A stretch of DNA of 32,000 bases, from the NCBI GenBank assembly GCA_029838215.1, contig JALGVI010000003.1, positions 53,350 through 85,349 of the forward strand, read 5' to 3'. Source of the stretch: Candidatus Helarchaeota archaeon (GTDB lineage Archaea; Asgardarchaeota; Lokiarchaeia; Helarchaeales; RDOG01). Under the pieces are notes generated by a model. That model made no database searches and had not been told where the DNA came from. It saw only the letters and a program-made list of their open reading frames with translations. Below, in pieces: positions 31,925 to 32,000 of the stretch. The number at the start of each line of letters is the position of its first letter. Within the stretch, counting starts at the first letter, position 1. The translations under genes were made by a program, and so were the position numbers.

Positions 31925-32000
31925 AATTTCAGTCCAACCTATAAATGAAATGATACGTGACAAATGATTCTTTATCGTGCAAAAAGTTTTCAGATGAATT

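Overview
This looks like an ordinary archaeal chromosomal window dominated by housekeeping genes. It holds a split RNA polymerase A'/A'' pair followed by L30e and a NusA-like KH protein, plus S12, a thermosome subunit, an archaeosine TGT, an Lsm protein and a small protein resembling RpoG/Rpb8. Other recognisable genes are MoaB/MoaC, a UPF0175 + DUF3368 toxin-antitoxin-like pair, an HDAC-family deacetylase, two RNA-end/2'-phosphate processing enzymes (ThpR/LigT and KptA/Tpt1), a standalone AAA+ ATPase, a DUF362-type protein and a glycyl-radical enzyme at the right end. The Rpb8-like protein and split rpoA suggest a TACK or Asgard-type lineage, but I cannot assign it from this window alone. I see no CRISPR array, rRNA, convincing tRNA, transposon or clear multi-gene defence island. 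The best leads are: (1) a protein with a complete Rpn11/AMSH-type JAMM motif joined to a ~430-aa alpha-helical TPR/MIT-like region; (2) the Rpb8/RpoG-like gene next to an Lsm gene; (3) the split of the usual nusA-rps12 order by three opposite-strand genes; (4) a lysine-rich N-terminal tail on RNAP A''; (5) a glycyl-radical enzyme with an R-to-K change in the radical motif and no activase in view.
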